Shown: positions 49,989 to 59,663, counted from the stretch's first letter. The stretch is DNA of 64,000 nt from Candidatus Marinacidobacterales bacterium (GCA_965226495.1 OZ245365.1:4032001-4096000), one strand, 5' to 3'. Numbers and translations are program-made. The notes: generated by a model not told the origin, from the sequence alone.

Positions 49989-51716
49989 ATGAACGACGAA
50001 GACAAGTTGCTGGGAATGGACCACTCCATTACCAGACGGGATTTTCTCCAAGGGGTCGCCTTGAGCCTTGCCGCCTCCCGATTAGGAAGCGCCCAAGACC
50101 CGCCGCCGACGCCCTACCCCCCTCTGCTTCATGGCCTGCGCGGGCAAGACCCGGGGTCAACCGAGCTCGGCCACCGCATCCGCGACGGCAAAACCGAAAT
50201 TCAAACCGACGTGGTGGACACCGGGGAGCACTACGACCTCATCGTTCTAGGAGCCGGCCTCGCCGGCCTTTGCTCTAGCTATGTCTACCGGCGCGAAAGA
50301 AATAGCGCGCGCATTCTCCTTCTGGATAATCAGGACGACTTCGGAGGGCATGCTCGTCGCAACACGTTCGAATGGAACGGGACGACCTTGATCGCACCGG
50401 GAGGAACATTCGCCCTCGAGAACCCCGAAGACTCGCCGAGAGGAGCGGAGGAGATCCTGGAAAGCATCGGGATCGACCTCCAACTCCTCGAGGGTTATCG
50501 GGATCGAGACTTCTTCAAGCGCTATGGACTCTCCTACGGCGTTTTCTTCGACCCCAGGACATACGCCGGAATTCAACCCACGTGGGTGAACCAGTTTTAC
50601 GACATCCCCTACAAGGAGTTTTTTCGCAGATCGGGAATTCCCGAAGAGGCGCAGCGAGAGCTCGTGAACCTCTACACGACGCGGAGGATGTACCTGGCGG
50701 GAGGCGACCGCGAGACGGCCCTCGCCGGCATGACCTGGGAACAGTTCATTCGCGAAACCATGGGGCTGGGAGACCATGCGGTGCGCTTCGCGAATCTCTA
50801 CTCCACTGACCTCGTTGGGCTCGGTTGCGATGCGGTGTCGGCGCTCGACGGCTTCGAGATCGGCCCAGGTTTTTCCGGGATGGGAGGCCCAGGGTTCGTC
50901 GACAGAAATGGAATCCCGCGCTACGGCTATCGGCCGGTACACCGCTTCCCCGACGGAAATCACACCATCGCCCGTTTATTGCTCAAGAAAATTCTCCCCG
51001 CTGCGGTCCCCACAGAAGACACGGTGGGCGACGTGGATACGGAAGACACCGTAGACAGGATGGCAGGGGTCTTCAACAGCCGGATCCGCTACGACCAGTT
51101 CGACCGACCCGAGCATCGAGTGCGGATTCGCTTGCGCTCTTTAGCTATCCGGGTCGAGCAGATCGAAAACGGCAGTCGCGTCGCGGTTTACTACACTCAG
51201 CCCGACGGCCGCGTGCATCGCGTCACCGCGCGGGGAGTGGTCGTCGCTGCCTGGGGGATGGCCGCCAAGCACATCGTGCCCGAGTTGCCCGTGGAACAAA
51301 AGAGTGCCCTCGAACAATATCGATATTGCTCGGCGCTCTATATCAATGTGCTCTTGCGACACTGGCGCCCCATCGCCGATATCGGGGCCTTCGAAATGCA
51401 ATGGCCGGACGGCTACTGCACTTGGATGCACGTTTCGGATCCTCTACTCGTGGGCGCCTATCAACCGGAGTACCATCCGGACAAGCCGACCGTCTTGTCG
51501 ATGTACAAGTACGTTTACAAACCGGGACTTCCGCCCGGCGATCAGATGAAGCTCGGGCGCTACGAAATGGAAAGCAAATCCTTCGAAGATTACGAACGCG
51601 AGATACGATCCGAGCTAAATCACGCCTTCGGCCCGTGGGGCTTCGATGCGGCCAAGGACATCCTGGCCATCACCGTTAATCGCTGGGGACACGGCTCGAT
51701 GCGCCGACGGAATTGA
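49989..51716 (+). CDS. Spermidine dehydrogenase-like FAD-dependent oxidoreductase, Tat signal; apparently 3'-truncated
   Basis: ITRRDFL, YPP..GLRG, GAGLAG, DDFGGHARRN, FPDGN; ends just after ITVNRWGHG. Confidence 0.8.
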   Translation: MNDEDKLLGMDHSITRRDFLQGVALSLAASRLGSAQDPPPTPYPPLLHGLRGQDPGSTELGHRIRDGKTEIQTDVVDTGEHYDLIVLGAGLAGLCSSYVYRRERNSARILLLDNQDDFGGHARRNTFEWNGTTLIAPGGTFALENPEDSPRGAEEILESIGIDLQLLEGYRDRDFFKRYGLSYGVFFDPRTYAGIQPTWVNQFYDIPYKEFFRRSGIPEEAQRELVNLYTTRRMYLAGGDRETALAGMTWEQFIRETMGLGDHAVRFANLYSTDLVGLGCDAVSALDGFEIGPGFSGMGGPGFVDRNGIPRYGYRPVHRFPDGNHTIARLLLKKILPAAVPTEDTVGDVDTEDTVDRMAGVFNSRIRYDQFDRPEHRVRIRLRSLAIRVEQIENGSRVAVYYTQPDGRVHRVTARGVVVAAWGMAAKHIVPELPVEQKSALEQYRYCSALYINVLLRHWRPIADIGAFEMQWPDGYCTWMHVSDPLLVGAYQPEYHPDKPTVLSMYKYVYKPGLPPGDQMKLGRYEMESKSFEDYEREIRSELNHAFGPWGFDAAKDILAITVNRWGHGSMRRRN

Positions 51717-51753
51717 AAACTGCGCCTCTCACACCTTGGCCGCTGGAACGCTT

Positions 51754-52644
51754 TCAGAAGTCTACGTTGTAACAGCGAACCTCCACAAGCGACCACGGCG
51801 CCAGCCTAGACTCTAGGAACTCGTGCGGTTCGTAGTACGGATTGGGGTTCTCGGCGAGTTGCCTGACGTGATCCCGCTGATCGTCGGACAAGCCGTTCCA
51901 CCAGTCGAGCGCAAAGTAGGTATTGCCGAGATACAGGAAGAGCAGCTGAGGCAGTAGAACCGCCAACCGGCTCTCGGACAGCGCCAGAATGCTCTCGACG
52001 AATCGTCTCGCCTTGTCCGCATTGTGAAGCCACGAAAAGACCACTGCCGGTCCGACCGCATTGACGTCCAACGCAACGGACAGCCATTCCATGGTCGTAC
52101 TGACGTCGTGCAGCACTTGGAGTTGTCGGCCGTTCATGTCGACGTCGGGAGTAAGGGTACCAGTCGTGGCAAGACACGTCGGACCGGAGAATTCGATGGC
52201 AACCGTGCTGACGGCTGTGGCTTCACTGCGGAGAATGGCTTCATCGAGGTGTTTCTTGACTGGGATTAGATCCTCGAGGCCCCTCCGAACGCCGAGGTTG
52301 TGGAGTCTTAGCTGTTCTTGAATAATCCTCTGCTGTTCTGGCGGGCAACCACGATCGAGCAGGCGTCGGGTCGTCTCATATGCTGCTGCAGCGCCGAGCT
52401 TCTCGTACATCTCATGACAAAGCGCCCTGTATCCGAGCAGAAAGCACTGCGCATGAGAGGACACGAACGGTGTCGACTCCAGCTGAGCGAAGGTCGCACC
52501 GTCATGCAGCGCGCAGAAACCTGGGATTGTGGACGCTTTCCTCCAACCGATTCGATGGGGGCCGTCAGTTCTAAAGGACGCGGGCCTGTGCTCTGGATGA
52601 AACGACAGTAGATGTTGCGAGGAATCTACGAGTTCCTTGAGCAC
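51754..52644 (-). CDS. Hypothetical protein, probably 5'-truncated
   Basis: ASTxxGFCxxHD motif close to the apparent start; weak GTG start without RBS. Confidence 0.5.
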   Translation of the reverse strand: MLKELVDSSQHLLSFHPEHRPASFRTDGPHRIGWRKASTIPGFCALHDGATFAQLESTPFVSSHAQCFLLGYRALCHEMYEKLGAAAAYETTRRLLDRGCPPEQQRIIQEQLRLHNLGVRRGLEDLIPVKKHLDEAILRSEATAVSTVAIEFSGPTCLATTGTLTPDVDMNGRQLQVLHDVSTTMEWLSVALDVNAVGPAVVFSWLHNADKARRFVESILALSESRLAVLLPQLLFLYLGNTYFALDWWNGLSDDQRDHVRQLAENPNPYYEPHEFLESRLAPWSLVEVRCYNVDF

Positions 52645-52763
52645 GCGACGATGCTGCTGGCACCGGTGGCGCTCATCATATTGCCATCCAGTTTCGTTAT
52701 CGTCACCAACCTCCCTCCGGCGCTCGAGGGCGCGGGAGGGAGGTCGGCAACGCGGGACGTCGT

Positions 52764-53312
52764 TCAGGCGGGGAGATCTTCCATCACTCTCATCGCCTCA
52801 CGGCGAGCCTTCTCGAACGGGTCCTCGGTGAGGCTGAACCTCCTGACTTCGAGTCCACCGATCACGAAGAAAAGGCTCTGCACGAGGAAGAAGCCCCAGA
52901 CCGCGATACCAAGACTGAGACTCGACGGACTCGCCAGCGAACCGGCAAGCAATCCAGCGACGCCCGCAAGGCCGAGCTCAACCGATACCGCCCTGGCCAA
53001 GCGCCTCGGGAACAAGAAGCCGCTTCGCATCAGACCCAGGACCATGGTCACTCCCAGCAAAGCGGCTGCGTTGCCCGGCGCGAGCAGGCAGATGGCGACT
53101 CCGATCACGCCGGACAGCATGCCGATGCGGAGACCACGACCTAGGCTCGGCGCGATCGCGACCAGGTAGCTCACGGTGAGGAAAAGGCACCACCAAAGCC
53201 ACGCTGTGCCGAAACCGAAGAGCGGCGGCGCGATTAGGCTGTAGGCAACGGTGGCGAGGCCGGCAATGGCCGCGAACATGAGGTTTCCAGCTAAGTTTCC
53301 GAATCGCATCAT
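52764..53312 (-). CDS. Multi-pass membrane protein, translationally coupled to pspA
   Basis: About 5-6 TM segments; GGAGG RBS; ATGA overlap with the pspA stop; charged tail EDPFEKARREA. Confidence 0.75.
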   Translation of the reverse strand: MMRFGNLAGNLMFAAIAGLATVAYSLIAPPLFGFGTAWLWWCLFLTVSYLVAIAPSLGRGLRIGMLSGVIGVAICLLAPGNAAALLGVTMVLGLMRSGFLFPRRLARAVSVELGLAGVAGLLAGSLASPSSLSLGIAVWGFFLVQSLFFVIGGLEVRRFSLTEDPFEKARREAMRVMEDLPA

Positions 53313-53851
53313 CTGCCTCCTTTCGCACCGACCGACTGTTTGCGACGGAGGAGCTCGAGCTCGACGTCTTGATCTTCGATCACGGGCTCGACGAAGCATG
53401 GTTCGGCCTCGTGTTGGGAACGCACCTTTGCCAAATAGCCCTTGACCCGAATGCGAAGCTCTTCGAGCTCACGCTCCTGTTTCTCCAGCGCTTTGATGAG
53501 CTCTTCCCTCTCCTCGGCGATCCGTTGAATTTGACGCTTCACTTGCTCGCGTCGGTGACGGAAGATGAGAAGCTTCTTGATCGCGAAACGGGCCAAGTCC
53601 TCCTTCTCGCCCTTCATAGCGAGGGAGATGTCGTCTTCCAATCGAGCGATCTCCTTTTCGGCTCTTCCCGCTTCCTCGCCAAGCTCTCGTTGCTCGGACT
53701 CGAGCGCCTCCTTTCGAGCCCGCTTGCGCCCTAGCTCCGTTTCTGCCTCCCGAAGATGCTGTTTCAGGAGCAGGGCGCGATCTTCGACAGCGTCGACCAT
53801 GCCGTGAGCGTCCGCCTTGACCAGTGTGGTGACACGCGTTAGAAAACCCAT
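53309..53851 (-). CDS. PspA/IM30 (ESCRT-III-like) family protein, short form
   Basis: MGFLTRVTTLVKADAHGMVDAVED..LLKQHLRE, A..GEKEDLARFAIKK, long coiled coil, VELELLRRK. Confidence 0.85.
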   Translation of the reverse strand: MGFLTRVTTLVKADAHGMVDAVEDRALLLKQHLREAETELGRKRARKEALESEQRELGEEAGRAEKEIARLEDDISLAMKGEKEDLARFAIKKLLIFRHRREQVKRQIQRIAEEREELIKALEKQERELEELRIRVKGYLAKVRSQHEAEPCFVEPVIEDQDVELELLRRKQSVGAKGGR

Positions 53852-53877
53852 CGTCGTTCTCCTTTCTCGCAAAAACG

Positions 53878-55326
53878 TTAGCGCTTGCTCCCGGCGCGGC
53901 GACCATCTCGTCCGGCCTGTTGCCGCGTCTTGCTGAACTCGTTTCTCTTCTCGTCCTGCTGAACGCCGCTGAAGGCGTCTTCAACTTCCCGGGCTAGCGT
54001 GTCCACTTCCCCCAGGTTGCGCTCCACCGCTTCACTCTTCAGGACTTGGTTCAAGTCGCCTTGCCGTTCACGATAGGAATGGATCTTGGCCTTAGCGGCC
54101 TCGAGGCGGCCTTCACGAACGTCCTTTGCGACCTGCTCTTGCAAGCGGTTGTAGTACTCGCCCACCACGGAGTCTTCCCAAGCCTCCTTGTCCACCGAGG
54201 CGAAAAAGGTCTCTTCGTTGCGCACGCAGGCGATCGTCGGCACATCGTCCAGACCGAGCCGATACTGGGTGCCCCCTTCTTTGTAGGTGACGTCGATCTT
54301 GCCCATTTCGAACTCGCCGGGCTCGCTGCTCGGGATGCGATAGGTCACCCAAAGACGTCTCTCTTGACCCGAAAAGAGGGTGCCCGGACGGAAGATGACG
54401 CGACCGCCTTGCCGATCCAACGGGTAACCAGCGGCCTCGACCACCTCGACTCCGTCGCCCGGCTCCAGAGTGATCGCAACCGCCGTGGCGATCGTCTCCC
54501 GAGTCGCTTCGAACTCCTTGGCAAAGATCTCGGCTAGTCCATGGGCGCTCTCGAGGAAGTAGTAGTTACCAGTTCCGCTATCGGCGAGGGTGCTCATCAG
54601 GTACTCGTTGAAGTCGGCGCCCACGCCCACCGTCGAGAGCACATCCTCCCGCTCGGCGAACCGCCGGGCTCTCATGGAGAGACCCTCGGAAGAGCTATCC
54701 CCGTGATTGGCGAGACCGTCCGAAATGAGAACCACCCGAGCGAATCGACTCTCGGCACGCGAGGAGGAGATCGTCCGGTAGCCCAGATCCAATCCGGCGG
54801 ACATGTTGGTGTTGCCATCGGTGTCGATGCCCCGGATTCTGTGTGACCAAGCCGATCGAGCTCGGGCGGTCGCGGGCCTCAATGGGATGCGGAGCTCCGC
54901 GTCGGTCGAGTAAGTCACCAAGGCGAAACGATCCTGTGCGCCGAGCTGCTGGATGAGCTCGAGCACCGCGGCGCGGGCGTAAGCTATCTTCTCCCCCGCC
55001 ATCGAACCCGAGCGGTCCAGAACGACCACGAGATCGGTAGGGAGCGAGTCCGGCCGCTCCTTCCTAATTTTTTCGGCGGCAAGCACGAGCTCAACTTGGA
55101 CGAGCCCGTCACTTCCCACTAGCACGGCACCCTGGCTTGTCCGGGACGCGAGCGAAACTGTCCCGTTCGACGCGTGGGCCAACTGGATCGAACCATCCGG
55201 GCGCACCGACGCCGCATGGTTGATGAGAACGCCGGCCAACAGCGTGGCGACGAGGAGCGCGCCTACGACAGATAGGGGCGCTCTCAACAACTTGTTAGGT
55301 TTGGGTGTTTGTATTACTTCTGACAT
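53878..55326 (-). CDS. Membrane-anchored vWA-domain protein (YfbK/Ca-activated chloride channel-like)
   Basis: N-terminal TM; MIDAS VLDRSGS, GNTN, ISDGLAN, GVGADFNE, GTGNYYF. Confidence 0.9.
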   Translation of the reverse strand: MSEVIQTPKPNKLLRAPLSVVGALLVATLLAGVLINHAASVRPDGSIQLAHASNGTVSLASRTSQGAVLVGSDGLVQVELVLAAEKIRKERPDSLPTDLVVVLDRSGSMAGEKIAYARAAVLELIQQLGAQDRFALVTYSTDAELRIPLRPATARARSAWSHRIRGIDTDGNTNMSAGLDLGYRTISSSRAESRFARVVLISDGLANHGDSSSEGLSMRARRFAEREDVLSTVGVGADFNEYLMSTLADSGTGNYYFLESAHGLAEIFAKEFEATRETIATAVAITLEPGDGVEVVEAAGYPLDRQGGRVIFRPGTLFSGQERRLWVTYRIPSSEPGEFEMGKIDVTYKEGGTQYRLGLDDVPTIACVRNEETFFASVDKEAWEDSVVGEYYNRLQEQVAKDVREGRLEAAKAKIHSYRERQGDLNQVLKSEAVERNLGEVDTLAREVEDAFSGVQQDEKRNEFSKTRQQAGRDGRRAGSKR

Positions 55327-55393
55327 CGCTTTCACCTCTTTCAATCGGTTGAGTGTCTCTGATCCTTTGTACCGCAAGACGCGGACTTTGTTC

Positions 55394-55470
55394 GCAAAAG
55401 CAGCGTAAAAGCTCCGTGGTCCGGTTTTACATTCGATTTACATGCGAACCCTCCTCCTCGGCCTTACAAT
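55394..55470. promoter_or_regulatory. Divergent promoter region with two tandem OmpR/CpxR-type boxes
   Basis: GCAAAAGC/GTAAAAGC at 55394 and 55405; TTTACAT at 55426 and 55437 (both 11-bp period); TACAAT at 55465-55470. Confidence 0.6.
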
Positions 55471-55481
55471 GGAAGGGATCC

Positions 55482-56168
55482 ATGAACCAAAAACCACAGG
55501 TCCTACTCGTCGAGGACGAGGAAAGTATCCGGGAAGGGCTTCGAGATGTGCTCATCTACCACGGCTACGACGTGACGGCCGTGGCTTCCGGCGAGGAAGG
55601 AATCGATGTGGCTCTGGGAGCAGACTTCGCGGTGGCGCTGCTAGACGTGATGTTACCGGGCGTGAATGGTTTCGAAGTTTGTCGCCGCGTGCGCCAAGAA
55701 AAGCCGGGGCTGGCGATTCTGATGTTGACGGCGAAGGGCTCGGAGGAAGACGTGATCGAGGGTTTCCGCTGTGGTGCCGACGACTACGTCACGAAACCCT
55801 TCTCCGTACGAGAGCTAATGGCGCGGGTGGAAGCTCTTCTGCGTCGTTCCGGAGCTGTCGGCAGAACCGACTCCGTGGTCACTTTCGGCGGGTGGGAGAT
55901 TGAGACCGCTAACCTCATGGCCAGACGGGATAGCCAGCAACTGGAGATCACGCCTCGCGAGATGAGCTTGATTCGACTGCTTCATCGAGAGAAGGGAAGG
56001 ATCGTCAGCCGGAGAATGTTGCTGAAAGAGGTTTGGGGCATGGGGAGGGTGGAGGAGCTCGAAACCCGCACCGTGGACATGCACATCGCCAAGCTTCGAA
56101 AGAAGCTCCACCCCGATGGACGGCTCATTCAAACTGTTCGAGGCGCCGGCTACCGCTATCTGGGCTGA
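55482..56168 (+). CDS. OmpR/PhoB-family response regulator
   Basis: LVEDE, LLDVMLPG, MLTAK, GADDYVTKPF, RTVDMHIAKLRKK, TVRGAGY. Confidence 0.95.
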   Translation: MNQKPQVLLVEDEESIREGLRDVLIYHGYDVTAVASGEEGIDVALGADFAVALLDVMLPGVNGFEVCRRVRQEKPGLAILMLTAKGSEEDVIEGFRCGADDYVTKPFSVRELMARVEALLRRSGAVGRTDSVVTFGGWEIETANLMARRDSQQLEITPREMSLIRLLHREKGRIVSRRMLLKEVWGMGRVEELETRTVDMHIAKLRKKLHPDGRLIQTVRGAGYRYLG

Positions 56169-56171
56169 ACA

Positions 56172-58055
56172 ATGACCAAAATCCGCCTCACGTTTCTTCT
56201 TCTGGCACTGGCCCTTCTGCTCCCGCTCGCCCTGCTGGTGCGTGGAGCCTTTCAAAGCGTCGGAAAGGAGCGCGAGCTCCGTCACCAGGCGATCGCCGAG
56301 AGGATCTTCGATGAGATGGAAAGAGAGCTCACGACATTCTTGCGACGCGAGGAAGCACGCAGCCTGGAACAGTATGCCCTTCTCGCTTCCGGCCGCGTGG
56401 AGGGGGTCGACGAGCCTTTCATTGAAGGGTACTTCCAGATCCATGCTGACGGGAGCGTCGATACTTGGCCGGAGACGTCGCGTTCTCTGACGGTGGGTTT
56501 GTTGAAGAGCTTGAGTCAGGAAGGTGAGGGCAACCAAGCGGCGGAGCGCTTTCGCGAGCAGACCGCGATCGAGCAGCAGATGCTGACACAGCGTCCCGGC
56601 ACGACCGTTGCGATCAAGTCCAAGGACAAGGCGCACAACGTGGCGTTGCAGGAGGATCGCAAAGAAGGCGAGAGTGATGCCTTTTACAGCTCGGAGTCGG
56701 TGTTGCGTCAGCTCAACCGCGGTGCCTACGCGAGAAAATCGGAGTCGACACCGTCGAACGAGCCTGACGCCAACTCGAGCGCCGAGGACGCGCGCTCTGT
56801 CGAGGCGTTGGGCGGCGACTCCAAACAGAACTCGGTCGATGAGCTTTTTGCCAACACGGAACAACCGGGATGGGAAAAGAGAGCGGGAGAACGGTCCGCG
56901 CGTCGACTCGGTGAAACGACCGACGGACGAGGCGGCGCGCTCGTTCCGCCGATGACGGCGCGGCTCCTCGGTAACGGGCATATCTTCCTGTGGCGCACGG
57001 TCGTCGACGTCGGCGCCACTTACCGTCAGGGGTTGGTATTTCGAGTTTCTGGCCTCTTCGAGTGGTTGAATACGCGGGTGATCGAATCGAGTGAGCTGAC
57101 CGGCCATGCCTGGCTGCTGCCGGAATCAGGCCGTGACGCAGAAGAGCTCTTGTCGGGCGAGGAAGGAGCGCTAGTTTATCGATACCAGTTCGACGAGCCG
57201 TTTACCGACGTCGCGGGACTGCTGAGCTTGGATCCCCTTCCGGCGTCCGGAGGCGCGAGCTATTTGCAGTGGTTGTCGGCGCTGGTCGTTTTGGTGTCGA
57301 CCCTTGGACTGTTCGCCCTCTACCGCATGGTGGCTGTGGCGGTGGGCTTTGCGGAGCGCCAGCAAAATTTCGTCTCCGCGGTAACGCATGAGCTGAAAAC
57401 ACCGCTCACCGCGATACGGCTCTACGGGGAGATGCTGCGCGATGGACTCGTGCCCGATGAGGCCAAACGGCGCCAGTACTTCGGCGTCATCACCGCGGAG
57501 TCGGAGCGCTTGACCCGGCTGGTGAACAACGTGCTGGAGCTCGCCAAACTGCAGCGAAAGAAACAAGGCGTGAGCTTGATCGCGGGACCGATCGAGCCGG
57601 TGCTGCGAGAGGTCGTCGACACACTCGAGCCTCACGCCAGAAACGAAGGCTTCGAGATTCGAATCCACGTGCCGCCCGATCTACCCCACGCGCGCTACGA
57701 CCGCGACGCCCTCCAGCAAGTTTTTTTCAACCTCATTGATAACGCCATCAAGTATGCGAAGACCGGCGCTAAGAGGCTCATCCTAGTCGAGGCGGAGGAG
57801 CGCGATGGCGGCGTGAGCGTGACGGTCGTGGATCACGGCCCGGGGGTGAGCGAGCGTCATATCCGAAAGGTCTTCGAGCCCTTCTTCCGCGGTGAATCCG
57901 AGCTGACCCGGACCGCCAAGGGCACCGGCATCGGCTTGGCCCTGGTCCGAGGACTCGTCGAGTCGATGGGAGGCAAGGTCATCGGCGAGAACTTGGCGGG
58001 CGGTGGATTCAAAGTCCGGGTGTCCCTCCCGCTAGCCACAAAAACGCCTGCTTGA
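56172..58055 (+). CDS. Sensor histidine kinase, two TM segments, large extracytoplasmic region
   Basis: VTHELKTPL, NLIDNAIKY, DHGPG, FEPFFR, GTGIGL. Confidence 0.95.
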   Translation: MTKIRLTFLLLALALLLPLALLVRGAFQSVGKERELRHQAIAERIFDEMERELTTFLRREEARSLEQYALLASGRVEGVDEPFIEGYFQIHADGSVDTWPETSRSLTVGLLKSLSQEGEGNQAAERFREQTAIEQQMLTQRPGTTVAIKSKDKAHNVALQEDRKEGESDAFYSSESVLRQLNRGAYARKSESTPSNEPDANSSAEDARSVEALGGDSKQNSVDELFANTEQPGWEKRAGERSARRLGETTDGRGGALVPPMTARLLGNGHIFLWRTVVDVGATYRQGLVFRVSGLFEWLNTRVIESSELTGHAWLLPESGRDAEELLSGEEGALVYRYQFDEPFTDVAGLLSLDPLPASGGASYLQWLSALVVLVSTLGLFALYRMVAVAVGFAERQQNFVSAVTHELKTPLTAIRLYGEMLRDGLVPDEAKRRQYFGVITAESERLTRLVNNVLELAKLQRKKQGVSLIAGPIEPVLREVVDTLEPHARNEGFEIRIHVPPDLPHARYDRDALQQVFFNLIDNAIKYAKTGAKRLILVEAEERDGGVSVTVVDHGPGVSERHIRKVFEPFFRGESELTRTAKGTGIGLALVRGLVESMGGKVIGENLAGGGFKVRVSLPLATKTPA

Positions 58056-58190
58056 CACTCCCCGGTGGCAGTTGGATATCCCCCGTCCCAAGATCCTCTT
58101 CACAGTCGCCTTGCTGTCACTTGCCAGGTACGATGTGCGGCAGATCCTGGTTGAACCAATGCGCTGAGCCGCGACCTGAAGGGAGGAGCA

Positions 58191-59000
58191 GTGGTCACGC
58201 AGCAAGAGAAAGCGGACCGATTTAAGAAACTACACCAACAAGCCGGCGCTTTCGTGATTCCCAATCCATGGGACGCGGGCTCCGCACGCATCCTGGAAGG
58301 GCTGGGCTTTCAAGCCCTGGCGACCACGAGCTCCGGGTTTGCGAATACCCTCGGTCGGCTCGACGGACAGGTCACGGTCGACGAGAAGCTCGAACACTGC
58401 CGTTCCATTTGCCGAGCGACGAGTGTGCCGGTGAACGCGGACTTGGAGAATGGCTTTGCCGATGACCCCGAGACCACGGCGCGAACCATGGTGCGAGCGG
58501 CGGAAGCGGGAGTGGCTGGCGCATCCATCGAAGACTATAGCGGCGAGGCGATCTACGATTTCGAACTGGCGGTGGAGCGCGTGCAGGCGGCGGCGGAAGC
58601 GGCTCATGCTCTGGAAACTCCGTTTATGTTGACCGCGCGTGCCGAAAACTTGCTCCGAGGCCGCGACGATCTGGACGACACGATCCGGCGCTTGCAAGCG
58701 TTCGAGGCTGCGGGCGCCGACGTCCTCTACGCGCCCGGTCTGAAAACTCTCGACGAAGTACAGACGGTCACGAGCGCCGTTAGCAAACCCGTGAACGTGC
58801 TGGCGGTCATGGTGAAGGGGGCCACGGTCGATGAGCTGGCATCCGCCGGGGCGAAGAGACTCAGCGTCGGCGGGGCGCTCGCTTCGGCGAGCCTTGCCCC
58901 TTTGCTCCGGGCGGGACGAGAAATGCTGGAGGCGGGAAGTTTCGGCTGGCTCACCGACCGGGCATCGGCCAGTGATCTCGAACGGCTGCTGGGCTCTTAG
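58191..59000 (+). CDS. Isocitrate lyase/PEP mutase family protein
   Basis: PNPWDAGSA, ATTSSG, ADLENG, SIED, TARAE, GADVLYAPG. Confidence 0.92.
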   Translation: MVTQQEKADRFKKLHQQAGAFVIPNPWDAGSARILEGLGFQALATTSSGFANTLGRLDGQVTVDEKLEHCRSICRATSVPVNADLENGFADDPETTARTMVRAAEAGVAGASIEDYSGEAIYDFELAVERVQAAAEAAHALETPFMLTARAENLLRGRDDLDDTIRRLQAFEAAGADVLYAPGLKTLDEVQTVTSAVSKPVNVLAVMVKGATVDELASAGAKRLSVGGALASASLAPLLRAGREMLEAGSFGWLTDRASASDLERLLGS

Positions 59001-59009
59001 CTTCCTCAC

Positions 59010-59648
59010 ATGCCGAACAGACTCTCCACTCTGCGAAAACATCAACGATCGCTCGCCGGCTGTGAACGCTGCCCCAAGATGCACGGGCCGGCGGTGCTGG
59101 GCGACCCGGTGCTGTCCAAAGTGCTTCTATTGGGACAGGCACCCGGATTCAAAGAAATAGAAGTCCACAAACCCTTCGCCTGGACCGCGGGCAAAACCAT
59201 GTTCGGCTGGTTCGCGAGTATCGGCCTCGACGAAGAAAGCTTCCGCCATGGTGTCTACATGGCGGCGGTCTGTCGTTGTTTCCCTGGCAAGAACCCGAAG
59301 GGAGGCGACCGGGTACCGGAGCCCGAGGAAATAGCGAACTGTGCCTCCTGGTTGGAGTCGGAAGTCAAATTGCTCGAGCCTGAGTTGGTGATACCCGTCG
59401 GCAAGCTCGCCATCGGGCAACTGATGCCGGTCGAGAAGCTGAAGGACATCGTGGGGCAGAAGTACCGGCTCGAGCTGCACGGAGTGCGAACCGATGTCAT
59501 TCCTTTGCCGCACCCCTCCGGCGCGTCAACCTGGCATCGAACCGAACCCGGAAAAACGCTGCTCCAGCAAGCGTTGAGTCGAATCCGGAAACATCCCACC
59601 TGGACGACGCTGGTCGGCAGCAAAGTCTCGTTGTCGATGGGAGAATAG
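59010..59648 (+). CDS. Uracil-DNA glycosylase family protein
   Basis: CERC, GQAPG, CRCFPGK..GDRVP, LPHPSG. Confidence 0.88.
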   Translation: MPNRLSTLRKHQRSLAGCERCPKMHGPAVLGDPVLSKVLLLGQAPGFKEIEVHKPFAWTAGKTMFGWFASIGLDEESFRHGVYMAAVCRCFPGKNPKGGDRVPEPEEIANCASWLESEVKLLEPELVIPVGKLAIGQLMPVEKLKDIVGQKYRLELHGVRTDVIPLPHPSGASTWHRTEPGKTLLQQALSRIRKHPTWTTLVGSKVSLSMGE

Positions 59649-59663
59649 ACGGGGAAGAATTCT

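Noticed and set aside
51010-51053. TEDTV peptide duplication, and gcatgggcc x2 at ~3728
   Set aside because: Trivial local slippage with no wider pattern.
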